Notes: generated from the sequence alone by a model not told the origin. Positions 28,285-38,213 are shown, numbered from the stretch's first letter. The stretch: 64,000 nucleotides of DNA from Alphaproteobacteria bacterium (GCA_965248835.1 CBDFLJ010000001.1:1472001-1536000), one strand, 5' to 3'. Program-made: numbers and translations.

Positions 28285-29484
28285 ATGATGACGGGAACGG
28301 ACGGATCGGGGTACGGGCGCATCGGCGTGGTGCCCGAGGAAGACCACACGCTGAGCCGGGTCGGGTTCGGGACGCCGATGGGCGAGATGCTGCGGCGCTA
28401 TTGGCAGCCGGTCTGCCTGTCCGACGAGCTTGGCGCGCTGCCCAAGCGGGTGCGCATCCTGGGCGAGGACCTCGTGGCGTTCCGCGACAGGTCCGGTCGG
28501 GCCGGGCTGCTCTACGCCCATTGCATCCATCGCGGCACCTCGCTCGAGTTCGGCCAGATCGACGATGCCGGCATCCGATGCTGCTATCACGGCTGGCACT
28601 TCGACGTCGAAGGGCGCTGCCTCGACCAGCCCGCCGAGCCGCTGGGCAGCGACTACAAGGACAAGGTCCGCCAGCCCTGGTACCCGGTCCACGAATATCA
28701 CGGGCTGGTCTTCGCCTATATGGGGCCGCCGGACAGGAAGCCGCCGTTTCGCAGGTACAGCGTCCTGGAGCGTCCGGGCTCCGCGTACGGCGCCTACCGC
28801 GACCACAGCCGCGGCGAAATCGCGCAATGCAACTGGCTCCAGCTCCAGGAGAACGCCATCGATGCCTGGCACACCTACGTGCTGCACACCTGGCATGGCG
28901 GGGTGTTCAACTTCACCGACGCCTATTCGGCCCGCCCGGAGATCGACTTCGTCGATGTCGGCCACGGCATCCAGTACATCCGCGAGGCGACGCTGCCCAA
29001 CGGCAACCGGTTCCTGCGCGTCAGCGAGGTGATCGTGCCGACCGCGCGCTGCATCCCGCCGGCGACGGTGCTGGGTGATGACCCCGGGCGCGAGACCGAG
29101 CCGGCCCGACGGATCGGCTGGTGGGTGCCGGTCGACGACACGAGCTCGGTCGGCTTCCACATCAACCTGTCGCCGCCGGGCAGCGACACCCCGCCGCGGC
29201 GCACCGCGCTGGCGATGCCGCCGCGCAGCTACGCGGACCGCCAGCGCCTGCCCGATGACTGGGAGGCGCAGGTCAGCCAGGGCCCGATTGCCAGCCGGGC
29301 CCGCGAGCATCTGGGCACCTCGGACAGGGGGGTGGTGATGTTCCGCCGCCTGCTGACGGCCGGGCTGGCCGCGGTCGCGCGCGGCCAGGACCCGCCGGGG
29401 TTGCTGCGCGGGGCCGACGCGCCGGTCCTTCGCATCGGCGCCCGCAACGCGGTCACCGCGCCGGAGGGGATGCTCGCCCAATGA
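28285..29484 (+). CDS. Rieske oxygenase alpha subunit, phthalate-dioxygenase-like group
   Basis: GTPMGEMLRRYWQP, CIH...CCYH, CNWLQLQENAIDAWH...LH, VSQGPI, EHLGTSDRGV. Confidence 0.9.
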   Translation: MMTGTDGSGYGRIGVVPEEDHTLSRVGFGTPMGEMLRRYWQPVCLSDELGALPKRVRILGEDLVAFRDRSGRAGLLYAHCIHRGTSLEFGQIDDAGIRCCYHGWHFDVEGRCLDQPAEPLGSDYKDKVRQPWYPVHEYHGLVFAYMGPPDRKPPFRRYSVLERPGSAYGAYRDHSRGEIAQCNWLQLQENAIDAWHTYVLHTWHGGVFNFTDAYSARPEIDFVDVGHGIQYIREATLPNGNRFLRVSEVIVPTARCIPPATVLGDDPGRETEPARRIGWWVPVDDTSSVGFHINLSPPGSDTPPRRTALAMPPRSYADRQRLPDDWEAQVSQGPIASRAREHLGTSDRGVVMFRRLLTAGLAAVARGQDPPGLLRGADAPVLRIGARNAVTAPEGMLAQ

Positions 29485-31883
29485 CCGTAGAGGAGGCGGC
29501 CGGACAGCTCGCCGCCGCGCGGCCGCAACTCGTCGGCGCCCGGATCACCCGGCGGGAAGACCCCCGCCTGCTGCGCGGCGACGGCTGCTTCCTCGACGAC
29601 CGGCACGTCCACGGCATGGCGCACCTCGCCTTCCGGCGCAGCGAGACCGCGCACGGCCGGCTCGCCGGCATCGATGCCGCGGCCGCGCTTGCGATGCCGG
29701 GTGTCATCGGCGTTTACACCGCCGCGGATCTCGCTTCGATCGCCCGGCCTATCCGCGCCACCTCGCGGATGCGCGACTACCATGCGACGCCTCTGCGGCC
29801 GCTGGCCCTCGACAAGGTGCGCCATGTCGGCGAGCCGGTGGCCGCGGTGGTCGCCGAAAGCCGATACGCGGCCGAGGATGCGGCCGGGCGGATCACGCTC
29901 GACATCGAACCGCTGCCGAGCCTGGTCGACGCGGCGGCCGCGGCCGCGGATCGGGACACGCTGCTTTACGAGGACGCCGGGACCAACGTGCTCGCTGTGC
30001 GCGGCTTCGGCCGCGGTGATATCGACCAGGCGATGGCACAGGCCGCGGTCCGCGTCGCCGGCCGCTTCCGGATCCACCGCAAGACGCCGGTGACGCTGGA
30101 AGCGCGCGGCGGGCTCGCCGATTACGACAAACGGAGCCGCACGCTCACCCTGCACTCCACGACCCAGATCCCCGGCATCATCCGCGACGCATTTGCCGAG
30201 ATCTTCGCGATGCCCGGCAGCCGGGTGCGGGTCATCGCATCCGATGTCGGCGGCGGGTTCGGCGCCAAGGCGACGCTGTATTCCGAGGACATATGTCTGG
30301 CGGCGCTGGCGCTGATGCTCGGCCGGCCGGTCAAATGGTCCGGCGACCGGCAGGAGGACCTGCTGTCGACCACCCAGGCGTTTGACGAGACCATCGAGGC
30401 AACGCTCGCGCTCGACGCCGACGGCACCGTGCTTGCGCTCAAAGCCGATGCGCTGGGCGATATCGGTTCCTATTCGGTCTACCCTTGGACCGCCTGCCTG
30501 GAGCCGGTCCAGGTGGTGAGCTTCCTGCCCGGGCCCTACCGGATGCCGGTCTATGACGGCCGCGTGCGGGCGGTCGCGACCAGCAAGCCCGGCGGCGGGC
30601 CCTATCGCGGGGTCGGGCGGCCGATCGCGGCCTTCGTGATCGAACGTCTGATGGACATGGCCGCGGCACGGCTCGGCATGGACCCGGTAGCGCTGCGCCG
30701 CCGCAATTTGGTGGCCGAGGACGAGTTCCCCTACAAGGCGGCCTCCGGCCTGGTCTGGGACCGCTCCAGCTTCATCGGGTGTCTCGACCGGGCCTGCGAG
30801 ACGGTCGATTACCAAGCCTTGCGCAACCAGCGCGATGCCGCGCGCACCGCCGGCCGCTGGGCCGGGGTCGGCGTCGCCTGCTATGCCGAGCTCACCGGGC
30901 TGGGCTCGCGCATCTCGGTCGCGCCCGGCATGCCGGTCAACACCGGGACCGAAGGGGCTTCGGTCGAGATCGATGCGACCGGTTCGGTCACCGCCTTCTT
31001 CGGGGTCTGTTCTCAGGGTCAGGGAATCGAGACTACGCTGGCCCAGGTGGTGGCCCAGGAGCTCGGCGCCGGTATCGGGGACATCCATGTCGATCTCGGC
31101 GACAGTGCGACCAACGCCCACAGCACCGGCACCTATGCCAGCCGCAGCGCGGTGCTCGCCGGCGGCGCCGGCATTCTGGCTGCGCGCGCGGTCCGCGCAA
31201 AAATCCTCCGCTGCGCGGCCCATCTGCTGGAAGCCGCCGAGCCCGACATCGAGATCGCCAACGGCATCGTTCAGGTCGCCGGCACCGATCGGAGGATGAA
31301 TTTTGCCGAGCTCGCCAGGGCGGTCTACGCCGACATGGGCCGGCTGCCCAAGGAGTTGCGCGACGAAATCGGCAACCTTGAAGCGCGCAGGGTATACGAT
31401 CCGTTCTTCGCAACCGCGACGTCGGCCACCCATATCGCGATGGTCGAGATCGACCGAGAGACCTGCGCGGTCTCGGTCGGCCGCTATGTCGTGGTCGAGG
31501 ACTGCGGCCGGGTGATCAACCCGCTGATCGCCGACGGCCAGGCCCATGGCGGCGTCGCCCAGGGGATCGGTGCGGCCCTCCTGGAGGAGGTGGTCCACGA
31601 CCAGACAGGCCAGATGCTCACGGCCAGCCTCGCCGACTATCTCGTGCCGTCGTCCTGCGACATCCCGCGCATGGAGGTCGTCCACCTCGAGGACGAGCCG
31701 CCGGGCACGCTGGGCGGCGTCCGCGGGCTGGGCGAGGGCGGCACCATCGGCGGCTTGGCGGTGATCGCCAACGCGGTCGCCGATGCGCTGTCGCCGCTCG
31801 GCGTCGTGGTGACCGAGGTGCCGCTGACCCCGGCCCGGATCTTCGGGCTGGTCGAGGCGGCGCGCTCGGCGGCCGAACCCTGA
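29481..31883 (+). CDS. Xanthine dehydrogenase/CoxL-family molybdopterin-binding large subunit (QorL-like features)
   Basis: RREDPRLLRG, GGGFGAK, YPW, PYRGVGR, QGQG, GTYASR, GLGEGG; 4-nt overlap with the upstream Rieske gene. Confidence 0.92.
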   Translation: MTVEEAAGQLAAARPQLVGARITRREDPRLLRGDGCFLDDRHVHGMAHLAFRRSETAHGRLAGIDAAAALAMPGVIGVYTAADLASIARPIRATSRMRDYHATPLRPLALDKVRHVGEPVAAVVAESRYAAEDAAGRITLDIEPLPSLVDAAAAAADRDTLLYEDAGTNVLAVRGFGRGDIDQAMAQAAVRVAGRFRIHRKTPVTLEARGGLADYDKRSRTLTLHSTTQIPGIIRDAFAEIFAMPGSRVRVIASDVGGGFGAKATLYSEDICLAALALMLGRPVKWSGDRQEDLLSTTQAFDETIEATLALDADGTVLALKADALGDIGSYSVYPWTACLEPVQVVSFLPGPYRMPVYDGRVRAVATSKPGGGPYRGVGRPIAAFVIERLMDMAAARLGMDPVALRRRNLVAEDEFPYKAASGLVWDRSSFIGCLDRACETVDYQALRNQRDAARTAGRWAGVGVACYAELTGLGSRISVAPGMPVNTGTEGASVEIDATGSVTAFFGVCSQGQGIETTLAQVVAQELGAGIGDIHVDLGDSATNAHSTGTYASRSAVLAGGAGILAARAVRAKILRCAAHLLEAAEPDIEIANGIVQVAGTDRRMNFAELARAVYADMGRLPKELRDEIGNLEARRVYDPFFATATSATHIAMVEIDRETCAVSVGRYVVVEDCGRVINPLIADGQAHGGVAQGIGAALLEEVVHDQTGQMLTASLADYLVPSSCDIPRMEVVHLEDEPPGTLGGVRGLGEGGTIGGLAVIANAVADALSPLGVVVTEVPLTPARIFGLVEAARSAAEP

Positions 31884-31901
31884 GCTGCATCGGCCGCGCC
31901 G

Positions 31902-32645
31902 ATGGCGGACGCGCTGACGCTGACCACGATCGGGCTGACGTTCCTGCTCGCCGGCACGGTCAAGGGGGTCATCGGGCTCGGCCTGCCCACGGTTTCGCTC
32001 GCGATCCTGACCGTCGCACTCGGGCTTCAGCCGGCAATGGCGCTGCTGCTGGTCCCGTCGCTGGTGACCAATGTCTGGCAGGCCGCCGTCGGTGGGCACC
32101 TCCGGATGATCATCGCCCGGACCTGGCCGCTCCTGCTGCTGGCGGCCGTGACGGTGTGGATCGGCGCCGGCGCGCTCACCCGGGTCGACGTCGCCTGGCT
32201 GTCGGCGCTGCTCGGGCTCCTGGTTGCGCTTTACGCGGCGGTGAGCCTGGCCGGGTTCCGGCTCACCATTTCCGAGCGGCGCCGGGTCTGGGCCGGCCCG
32301 CTGGTGGGCGCGGTGAACGGGGTTCTCACCGGCATGACCGGCTCGTTCGTCTTCCCGGGCGTGCTCTACCTCCAGGCGATCGGCCTGCCGCGCGATGCGC
32401 TGATCCAGGCGATGGGGATGCTGTTCACCATCTCCACGGCTGCGCTCGGCATCGCGCTCGCCGGGCGCGGCCTCGTGTCGGCGGAATTCGGGCTGGTGTC
32501 GTCCGCCGCGGTGCTGCCGGCGCTGCTCGGCATGGTGATCGGCCAGCGGCTGCGCAAGGCGATGTCCGATGCGCTGTTCCGGCGGGTCTTTTTCACCGCC
32601 CTGCTGGCGCTCGGCCTCTACATCATCGCGCGGTCGGTGCTTTGA
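31902..32645 (+). CDS. TSUP (TauE/SafE) family membrane transporter
   Basis: AGTVKGVIGLGLP and internal repeat GVLTGMTG; about 8 TM segments; 247 aa. Confidence 0.88.
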   Translation: MADALTLTTIGLTFLLAGTVKGVIGLGLPTVSLAILTVALGLQPAMALLLVPSLVTNVWQAAVGGHLRMIIARTWPLLLLAAVTVWIGAGALTRVDVAWLSALLGLLVALYAAVSLAGFRLTISERRRVWAGPLVGAVNGVLTGMTGSFVFPGVLYLQAIGLPRDALIQAMGMLFTISTAALGIALAGRGLVSAEFGLVSSAAVLPALLGMVIGQRLRKAMSDALFRRVFFTALLALGLYIIARSVL

Positions 32646-32715
32646 CGGCCGGCCCGACGGTGGTCGCCGTCCTCGGCCTGCTGCCGGTCCTCGCCGTCCC
32701 GTTTCGGCGGCGCGG

Positions 32716-34233
32716 CTAATCCAGCGTGTGCAGCTCGCGCCGCAGGATCTTTCCGGTCGATGTGGTCGGCAGGTCGGGGACGATCTGGACCTCGCGCGGG
32801 ACCTTGTAGGCGGCCATGTGCTGGCGGCAGAAGGCGGCAATATCGTCCGGCGCGGCACTCCCGCCGGGCTTGAGCACGACATAGGCCTTGGCGATCTCGC
32901 CCTTGTCGGCATCCTTCCTGGCGCCGACGCCGACCATGGCGACGGCCGGATGGCCGGAGATCACCCGCTCCAGCTCAGCCGGGTAGATGTTGAAGCCGGC
33001 GGTCAGGATCATGTCCTTCTTGCGGTCGACGATATGGACATAGCCGTCCGCATCGCGCTTGGCGAGGTCGCCGGAATGGAGCCAGCCGTCCGGCTCGATC
33101 GTCTCGGCCGTCGCCGCCTCGTTGCCGTAATAGCCCATCATCACGAACGGGCCCTTGACCATGAGCTCGCCGACCTCGCCGTCGGGCAGTTCCCTGGATG
33201 CATCTTCCGGATCGACGATCTTGGTGCGGTGGTAGAGCATGTCGACCCCGACCGAGCCCAGCCGGTTCTCGCCATAGGAATGCTGCATCACCGCGGGGCC
33301 GGCGAGCTCGGTCATGCCCCACAGCTCGAAGACCTCCACTCCGGCGCGCGCGGCCCATTCCTCCGACTTGGCGACCGGCATGGTCTGGCCGCCGACCACC
33401 GAGCGGGTGAGCGATGACAGATCGAAGGTCTCGAACGCCGGATGGGCCAGCATGTAGAGATACATCGTCGGCACGCCGTCGGTGATCGTCGCCTTGTGCT
33501 CCTGGATCGCCGCCAGCATCTCGCCGGCGTCGAACCGTTCGAGCAGGACCAGGGCGGAGCCGAACAGGAAGCAGAGGTTCAGGATCGCGCCGCCATAGAC
33601 ATGCGCACACGGCAGCGCCGTCAGATGGATATCCGCGCCGGTGCGCATGTTCATCGCCGCGGTGATCGCCGCGTTGAGGACGACGTTGCGGTGAGACAGC
33701 ATCGCGCCCTTGGGGAACCCGGTGGTGCCGGAGGTGTAGCAGATCGTCGACAACGCCTCGGCGGAGACCTCCGGCGGCTCGAAGGACGGCGCGCCGGCAT
33801 CGACCAGGTCTTCGAAGCTCGCCGCGCCCTCGAGCGCGCCGCCGATCACGATCACCTCGGCGAGGTCGCCCGCCCTCTTCAAGGGTAGGATCGGCGCACC
33901 GCGGTCGGCAGTGGTGAACAGCGCTTTCGCGCCGCAATCCCTGACCACGAAGGCGACCTCATCGGGCGTCAGCATGACGTTGATGGGGTTGAGCACCGCG
34001 CCCAGCTTGGCGATCGCGTAGTAGCTGACGATCCATTCCCAGCCGTTCTGGGCATAGAGCGTCACCCGGTCCCCCGGCGCGACGCCAAGCTCTCTCAGGC
34101 TGTTGGCAAGCCGGTTGGCCATGCTGTCGAACTCGGCATAGGAGAAGGACCGCCCGCCGAAGACCAGCGCCGTCCGGTCGCCGAACCTGGCCGCGGCCTC
34201 GCCCGGTATCTGCCCTATCGTCTTGTTCAACAT
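32716..34233 (-). CDS. AMP-forming acyl/aryl-CoA ligase
   Basis: YTSGTTGFPKG, WGMTE, SGD, DRKKD, TGKILRR. Confidence 0.93.
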   Translation of the reverse strand: MLNKTIGQIPGEAAARFGDRTALVFGGRSFSYAEFDSMANRLANSLRELGVAPGDRVTLYAQNGWEWIVSYYAIAKLGAVLNPINVMLTPDEVAFVVRDCGAKALFTTADRGAPILPLKRAGDLAEVIVIGGALEGAASFEDLVDAGAPSFEPPEVSAEALSTICYTSGTTGFPKGAMLSHRNVVLNAAITAAMNMRTGADIHLTALPCAHVYGGAILNLCFLFGSALVLLERFDAGEMLAAIQEHKATITDGVPTMYLYMLAHPAFETFDLSSLTRSVVGGQTMPVAKSEEWAARAGVEVFELWGMTELAGPAVMQHSYGENRLGSVGVDMLYHRTKIVDPEDASRELPDGEVGELMVKGPFVMMGYYGNEAATAETIEPDGWLHSGDLAKRDADGYVHIVDRKKDMILTAGFNIYPAELERVISGHPAVAMVGVGARKDADKGEIAKAYVVLKPGGSAAPDDIAAFCRQHMAAYKVPREVQIVPDLPTTSTGKILRRELHTLD

Positions 34234-34245
34234 CGCCGGATTCCT

Positions 34246-35124
34246 TCAGTCCAGAACGAAATCGAAGACCTCGCCCCGGCGCCGGACACGGCCGACGGAC
34301 GGCGAGGGGAAATGGGCGGTCATCACCACCGTGGCGGTCTCGCAATGGGCATCGAGGAAGGCCCGCCTCGTGGCGGCCGACCGGACGGGGTCGAGGCAGC
34401 CCACCGCGCTCCAGCCCGGCTCGCGGCATTGCAGCGGCGTATGGCAGACATCGCCCGACAGCACCGCCCGATGCCCCTGCGATGCAAGGTTGATCGCGAC
34501 GTGGCCCGGCGTGTGCCCGGGGGTCGGCTCGAACCAGATCTCATCGTCGAAGGCGTAGTCGTCATCGACGATCTCCGCCTGTCCGGCTTCCAGCACGGGC
34601 AGGACGGAATCATCGATGCAACCGTCGGAAAATTTCTTTCCCTTCCTGTTGATCTCCACCCAGTGGTCGAGCTCGGTGCGGGCGAAGACGTAGCGCGCAT
34701 TGGGAAAGGTCGGCACCCACCGCCCGTCGACCAGCGTCGTGTTCCAGCCGACGTGATCGGCATGCAGGTGGGTGCACATCACGAAATCGATGTCGTCTGG
34801 TGCCAGCCCGATCGCGGAAAGCCGGTCGAGATAAGCGGCCGAAGTGCGATGGGACCACGGCTTGTGGAAGCGCCGCTCCTTGTCGTTGCCGACGCAGGTA
34901 TCGACCAGGATGGTGTGGCGTCCGGTCCGAAGCACGTAGGACTGGACGGCCATCACCAGCTTGTCGCTCGCCGGATCGAGAAATCGGGGCTCCAGCCATT
35001 GGCGGTGCGGCGCCAGCGCCTCGGGCGTCGCATCGGGCAGCAGAAAGCCGACCGGAAAGTCCGGCTCCTCGGTCTCGACGACTCGATGGTAGGTGATGCC
35101 GCCTATGGTCCCGCCCTGCGTCAT
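34246..35124 (-). CDS. Metallo-beta-lactamase-fold hydrolase (lactonase-like)
   Basis: THLHADHVG, PGHTPGH, SGD, AHF; ATG 35124 within ORF 34246..35715. Confidence 0.9.
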   Translation of the reverse strand: MTQGGTIGGITYHRVVETEEPDFPVGFLLPDATPEALAPHRQWLEPRFLDPASDKLVMAVQSYVLRTGRHTILVDTCVGNDKERRFHKPWSHRTSAAYLDRLSAIGLAPDDIDFVMCTHLHADHVGWNTTLVDGRWVPTFPNARYVFARTELDHWVEINRKGKKFSDGCIDDSVLPVLEAGQAEIVDDDYAFDDEIWFEPTPGHTPGHVAINLASQGHRAVLSGDVCHTPLQCREPGWSAVGCLDPVRSAATRRAFLDAHCETATVVMTAHFPSPSVGRVRRRGEVFDFVLD

Positions 35125-35135
35125 CGCGCGCCCGC

Positions 35136-36014
35136 TCACACCCCGTTTGCGAAATCGACAATCAGGCGGTTGAAGGCGTCCGGGTGCTCGCGGTAGGTGA
35201 AGTGGCCGGCCTGGTTGAAGATGTGCATGTCGGTCCGCTTCTCCTTCTCGGTCAGCATCTCGAACAGTCCGAACCCCTGGTCGAGCGTCGCCGTCGGGTC
35301 GTTGGCGCCCCAGACCAGAAGGTTCGGCCGCTGGGTGCCGCGGCTCAACAGTGTATCGAAGGTCTGGGCCTTCTGGCGGCCGAGATGGGGCAGGAACAGG
35401 CTCCTCAGCAGCCCGCCGGCGTTCATCTTCTCCGCCGCCTCGATGCATTTGGGCAGCCCGGCGACGCGCACGAGCTCGTCCAGCCAGTCCTCGGTCACGC
35501 ACGAGGCGTGGTAGGAGTAGTGCTCCATCACCCAGCGCTGACTTTCGCGGCTGAGGTTCGGCCGCGGCTTGTCCCGGAACACCAGGCCGGTCCGGCTCTC
35601 GCCCGGCCCCAGCGTGCCGGTATCGACCATGATGTTGGACGCGATGCGCGCGGGGTTGTCCAGCGTCATTCGGCAGGTCAGGTAGGCGCCGCGGGAATGG
35701 CCGATGATGTGGCATTCGCCGAGGTCAAGGACTTCCAGGCAGCGCAGCGCGTGGTCGACCACCGCCTGCATGGTGTAGTCCTCGTCCGTGCGCGGGTTGT
35801 CGGTCTCGCCCTGTCCGATCTTGTCGATCGCCACCACGCGGCAGTGCTCGGCCAGCCCGTCGAAATTGAGGTTCCAGTCCGCAGCGCAGTCCGCGCCGTC
35901 GAGCGAGCCGAAATTGCCGCCATGGAACAGCACCACGGTCGGTCCGGTCCCTGCCTCGAAATAGCGCGTTCGGATGCCGTCGACGTCGATGAATTTTCCC
36001 TGGCTCAGATCCAT
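35136..36014 (-). CDS. Alpha/beta-fold hydrolase, paralogue 1
   Basis: HGG oxyanion motif, GHSRG nucleophile elbow, WGAND, GHF; 292 aa. Confidence 0.92.
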   Translation of the reverse strand: MDLSQGKFIDVDGIRTRYFEAGTGPTVVLFHGGNFGSLDGADCAADWNLNFDGLAEHCRVVAIDKIGQGETDNPRTDEDYTMQAVVDHALRCLEVLDLGECHIIGHSRGAYLTCRMTLDNPARIASNIMVDTGTLGPGESRTGLVFRDKPRPNLSRESQRWVMEHYSYHASCVTEDWLDELVRVAGLPKCIEAAEKMNAGGLLRSLFLPHLGRQKAQTFDTLLSRGTQRPNLLVWGANDPTATLDQGFGLFEMLTEKEKRTDMHIFNQAGHFTYREHPDAFNRLIVDFANGV

Positions 36015-36028
36015 AGCGTGTCCTCCCC

Positions 36029-36907
36029 TCAGGCGGCGTGAACGAAGCTTTTGATCACTTCGTTGAACCGCTTGGGATGCTCGCGGTAGCTGAAGTGGGC
36101 GGCGTGGTCGAACACCTGCCAGCGGGCGCAGCGCTCCTTCTCGGCCAGGATCCGATAGAGCGCCTCCGTCTGGGCGTGCGAGACCGTCTCGTCGTTGCGG
36201 CTCCAGACCAACAGCACCGGGCGCTGGATGCCGCGCGCGCCGAGGGTCCTGAACATCGCTTCCTTGTCGGCCAGAAGCCCGGGCAGGAATTTGGTCCAGA
36301 GAAATCCCTCGTCATTCATCTTGGCGACCGCCTGGCGGTATTCTGGACGCTCGGTGATCCTGACCAGGGCATCGAGCCACGCCTCGCTCACATGCGAGGG
36401 ATCGTAGGAATATTGCTCCAGCACCCAGCGCTGGGCCGCCCGGCTCAAGGCCGGTTCCGGATTGTTGGCGAAGACGTATTCGTTACGCCCGGTGCCCGGC
36501 GCGCAGGTGTTGCTGTTGATGATCGTGCATGTCGCCACCAGGTCGGGGTGATCGACGGTCACCCGGCAGGTCACATAGCCGCCGCGCGAATGGCCGATCA
36601 GGTGGGCGTTGTCCACCCGCAGCGCCCGCAATGTGGCCGCGGCATGGCGGACGACCGCTTCCATCGTGTAGTCGTCGTCGACCTTGGGGTTGCCGGTATG
36701 GCCCTGGCCCAGCTTGTCGAAGGCGATCACCCGGGCCCATTCCGCGAGCCCGTCGAAATTGAGGTCCCAGTCCTCCGATGCGTCCGCCGAGGTGGTCGCG
36801 CCGAAATGACCGCCATGGACCAGGACCAGGGTCGGGCCCTGTCCCTTCTCGAAGTAACGCGTTCGAACGCCGTCGACGTCGACGAATTTCTCCTCGCAGC
36901 TTGGCAT
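36029..36907 (-). CDS. Alpha/beta-fold hydrolase, paralogue 2
   Basis: HGG, GHSRG, WSRND, AHF; 292 aa from ATG 36907 with AGGAGG RBS. Confidence 0.92.
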   Translation of the reverse strand: MPSCEEKFVDVDGVRTRYFEKGQGPTLVLVHGGHFGATTSADASEDWDLNFDGLAEWARVIAFDKLGQGHTGNPKVDDDYTMEAVVRHAAATLRALRVDNAHLIGHSRGGYVTCRVTVDHPDLVATCTIINSNTCAPGTGRNEYVFANNPEPALSRAAQRWVLEQYSYDPSHVSEAWLDALVRITERPEYRQAVAKMNDEGFLWTKFLPGLLADKEAMFRTLGARGIQRPVLLVWSRNDETVSHAQTEALYRILAEKERCARWQVFDHAAHFSYREHPKRFNEVIKSFVHAA

Positions 36908-37014
36908 CGCCGCCTCCTGATGCACCGATCGGTTCGCCGGCGGGGGAACTATAGCGCGGCCGCGCGCGCGATGGGATGGTTTGCCGGCCGGCCGGGGTCG
37001 AATATGCTTGTGCG

Positions 37015-38133
37015 ATGACCGCACCCGGACCACCGTTCCGCGCCGAACATGTCGGCAGCTTCGTCCGGCCTGACCGGCTGCTCGATGCCGTGCGCGCGCA
37101 CCGCGCCGGCACGATCGATGACGCCGCGCTCCGGGCCGTCCAGGACGATACCATCGCCGAGGTCGTCGCCTTCCAGGACGCGGTCGGCATGCCTTCGGTT
37201 ACCGACGGAGAGTTCCGCAGGCGTTCGTGGTCGGCGGGCGTGATCGATGCGCTGGACGGGCTGGGCCTGCGCGAAGAAGGGGTGTTGACGTTCAAGACCG
37301 CCTATTCCGACCTCGGCGTCGCGTCATCGCCCTATGCCGCGCGGCGGCTGTCGCGCCGCCGCCCGATCGTCGCAGACGACTACCGCTACCTGAAATCGCT
37401 CGCGCCGAAGGGCGTGCCGAAGGTGACCATGGCTTCGCCCCCGGTGCTGCACTTCTTCCTCGGACCGCGCAGCTTCGAGACCACGGCCTATCCCGACCGT
37501 GATGCGTTCTTCGCCGATCTGGCGCGGATCTACCGGCAGGAGATCGACGATCTCGCCGATGCAGGCTGCACCTATCTGCAGCTCGACGACACCGCCCTGC
37601 CGTGCAGTTGCGATGCGACCGCACGGGCCGGCGTGCGCGCCCGCGGCGAGGATCCCGATGGCCTGACCGAGGCTTACGTCAAGCTGATCAACGACGCGGT
37701 CGCCGGCCGACCCGACGGTATGACCGTCGCCGTTCACATGTGCCGCGGCAACCTCAAGGGCATGTGGATGGCCGAGGGCGGCTACGAGCCGATCGCCGAG
37801 CGGGTGCTGGGCGGGCTCGACGTCGACCTCTTCCTGATGGAATACGATACCGACCGGGCGGGCGATTTCTCGCCGCTGCGCCACTTGCCCGCCGGCAAGG
37901 TCGCTGTCCTCGGGCTGATCAGCACCAAGACGCCGGAACTGGAGTCGCGCGAAGACATCCTGCACCGGATCGACCTGGCCGCCCAGATGGTTCCGATCGA
38001 GCGTCTGGCGATCGGCCCGCAATGCGGGTTCGCCTCGGGCGGCGGCGGCGGTCAGGTCGTCGGCCACGACGACACGCGACGGAAGCTCGAGCTGGTCCTG
38101 GAGATCGCCCGCGAGGTCTGGGGCACCACGTGA
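37015..38133 (+). CDS. Cobalamin-independent methionine synthase II family (MetE C-terminal-half-only Zn enzyme)
   Basis: RAEHVGS, TDGEFRR, LQLDD, HMCRGN, LMEYD, PQCGFAS (Zn ligands H, C, E, C); 372 aa. Confidence 0.9.
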   Translation: MTAPGPPFRAEHVGSFVRPDRLLDAVRAHRAGTIDDAALRAVQDDTIAEVVAFQDAVGMPSVTDGEFRRRSWSAGVIDALDGLGLREEGVLTFKTAYSDLGVASSPYAARRLSRRRPIVADDYRYLKSLAPKGVPKVTMASPPVLHFFLGPRSFETTAYPDRDAFFADLARIYRQEIDDLADAGCTYLQLDDTALPCSCDATARAGVRARGEDPDGLTEAYVKLINDAVAGRPDGMTVAVHMCRGNLKGMWMAEGGYEPIAERVLGGLDVDLFLMEYDTDRAGDFSPLRHLPAGKVAVLGLISTKTPELESREDILHRIDLAAQMVPIERLAIGPQCGFASGGGGGQVVGHDDTRRKLELVLEIAREVWGTT

Positions 38134-38213
38134 GAGCTCCGGCCTTGATCGCCGGCCGGACCTGGGATTAGCTTGACGGGCCGCGCTCAGCAAGCGCGAA
38201 GCCGGGAGCCACC

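Noticed and set aside
5356-31883. Calling the two Mo large subunits carbon monoxide dehydrogenase (coxL)
   Set aside because: Active-site loops are PYRGVAR and PYRGVGR, not AYxCSFR or AYRGAGR, and no coxMS/DEFG genes are present.
29229-32912. Very long antisense ORFs (this 1227-aa one, also 5050..7809, 38187..40673 and others)
   Set aside because: They lie opposite well-supported genes and lack motifs; expected from stop-codon scarcity in high-GC DNA.
36908-37014. Possible SAM or cobalamin riboswitch upstream of the MetE-like gene
   Set aside because: The region is only 107 bp, shared by divergent genes, and shows no recognisable conserved riboswitch core by eye; an Rfam scan would be decisive.
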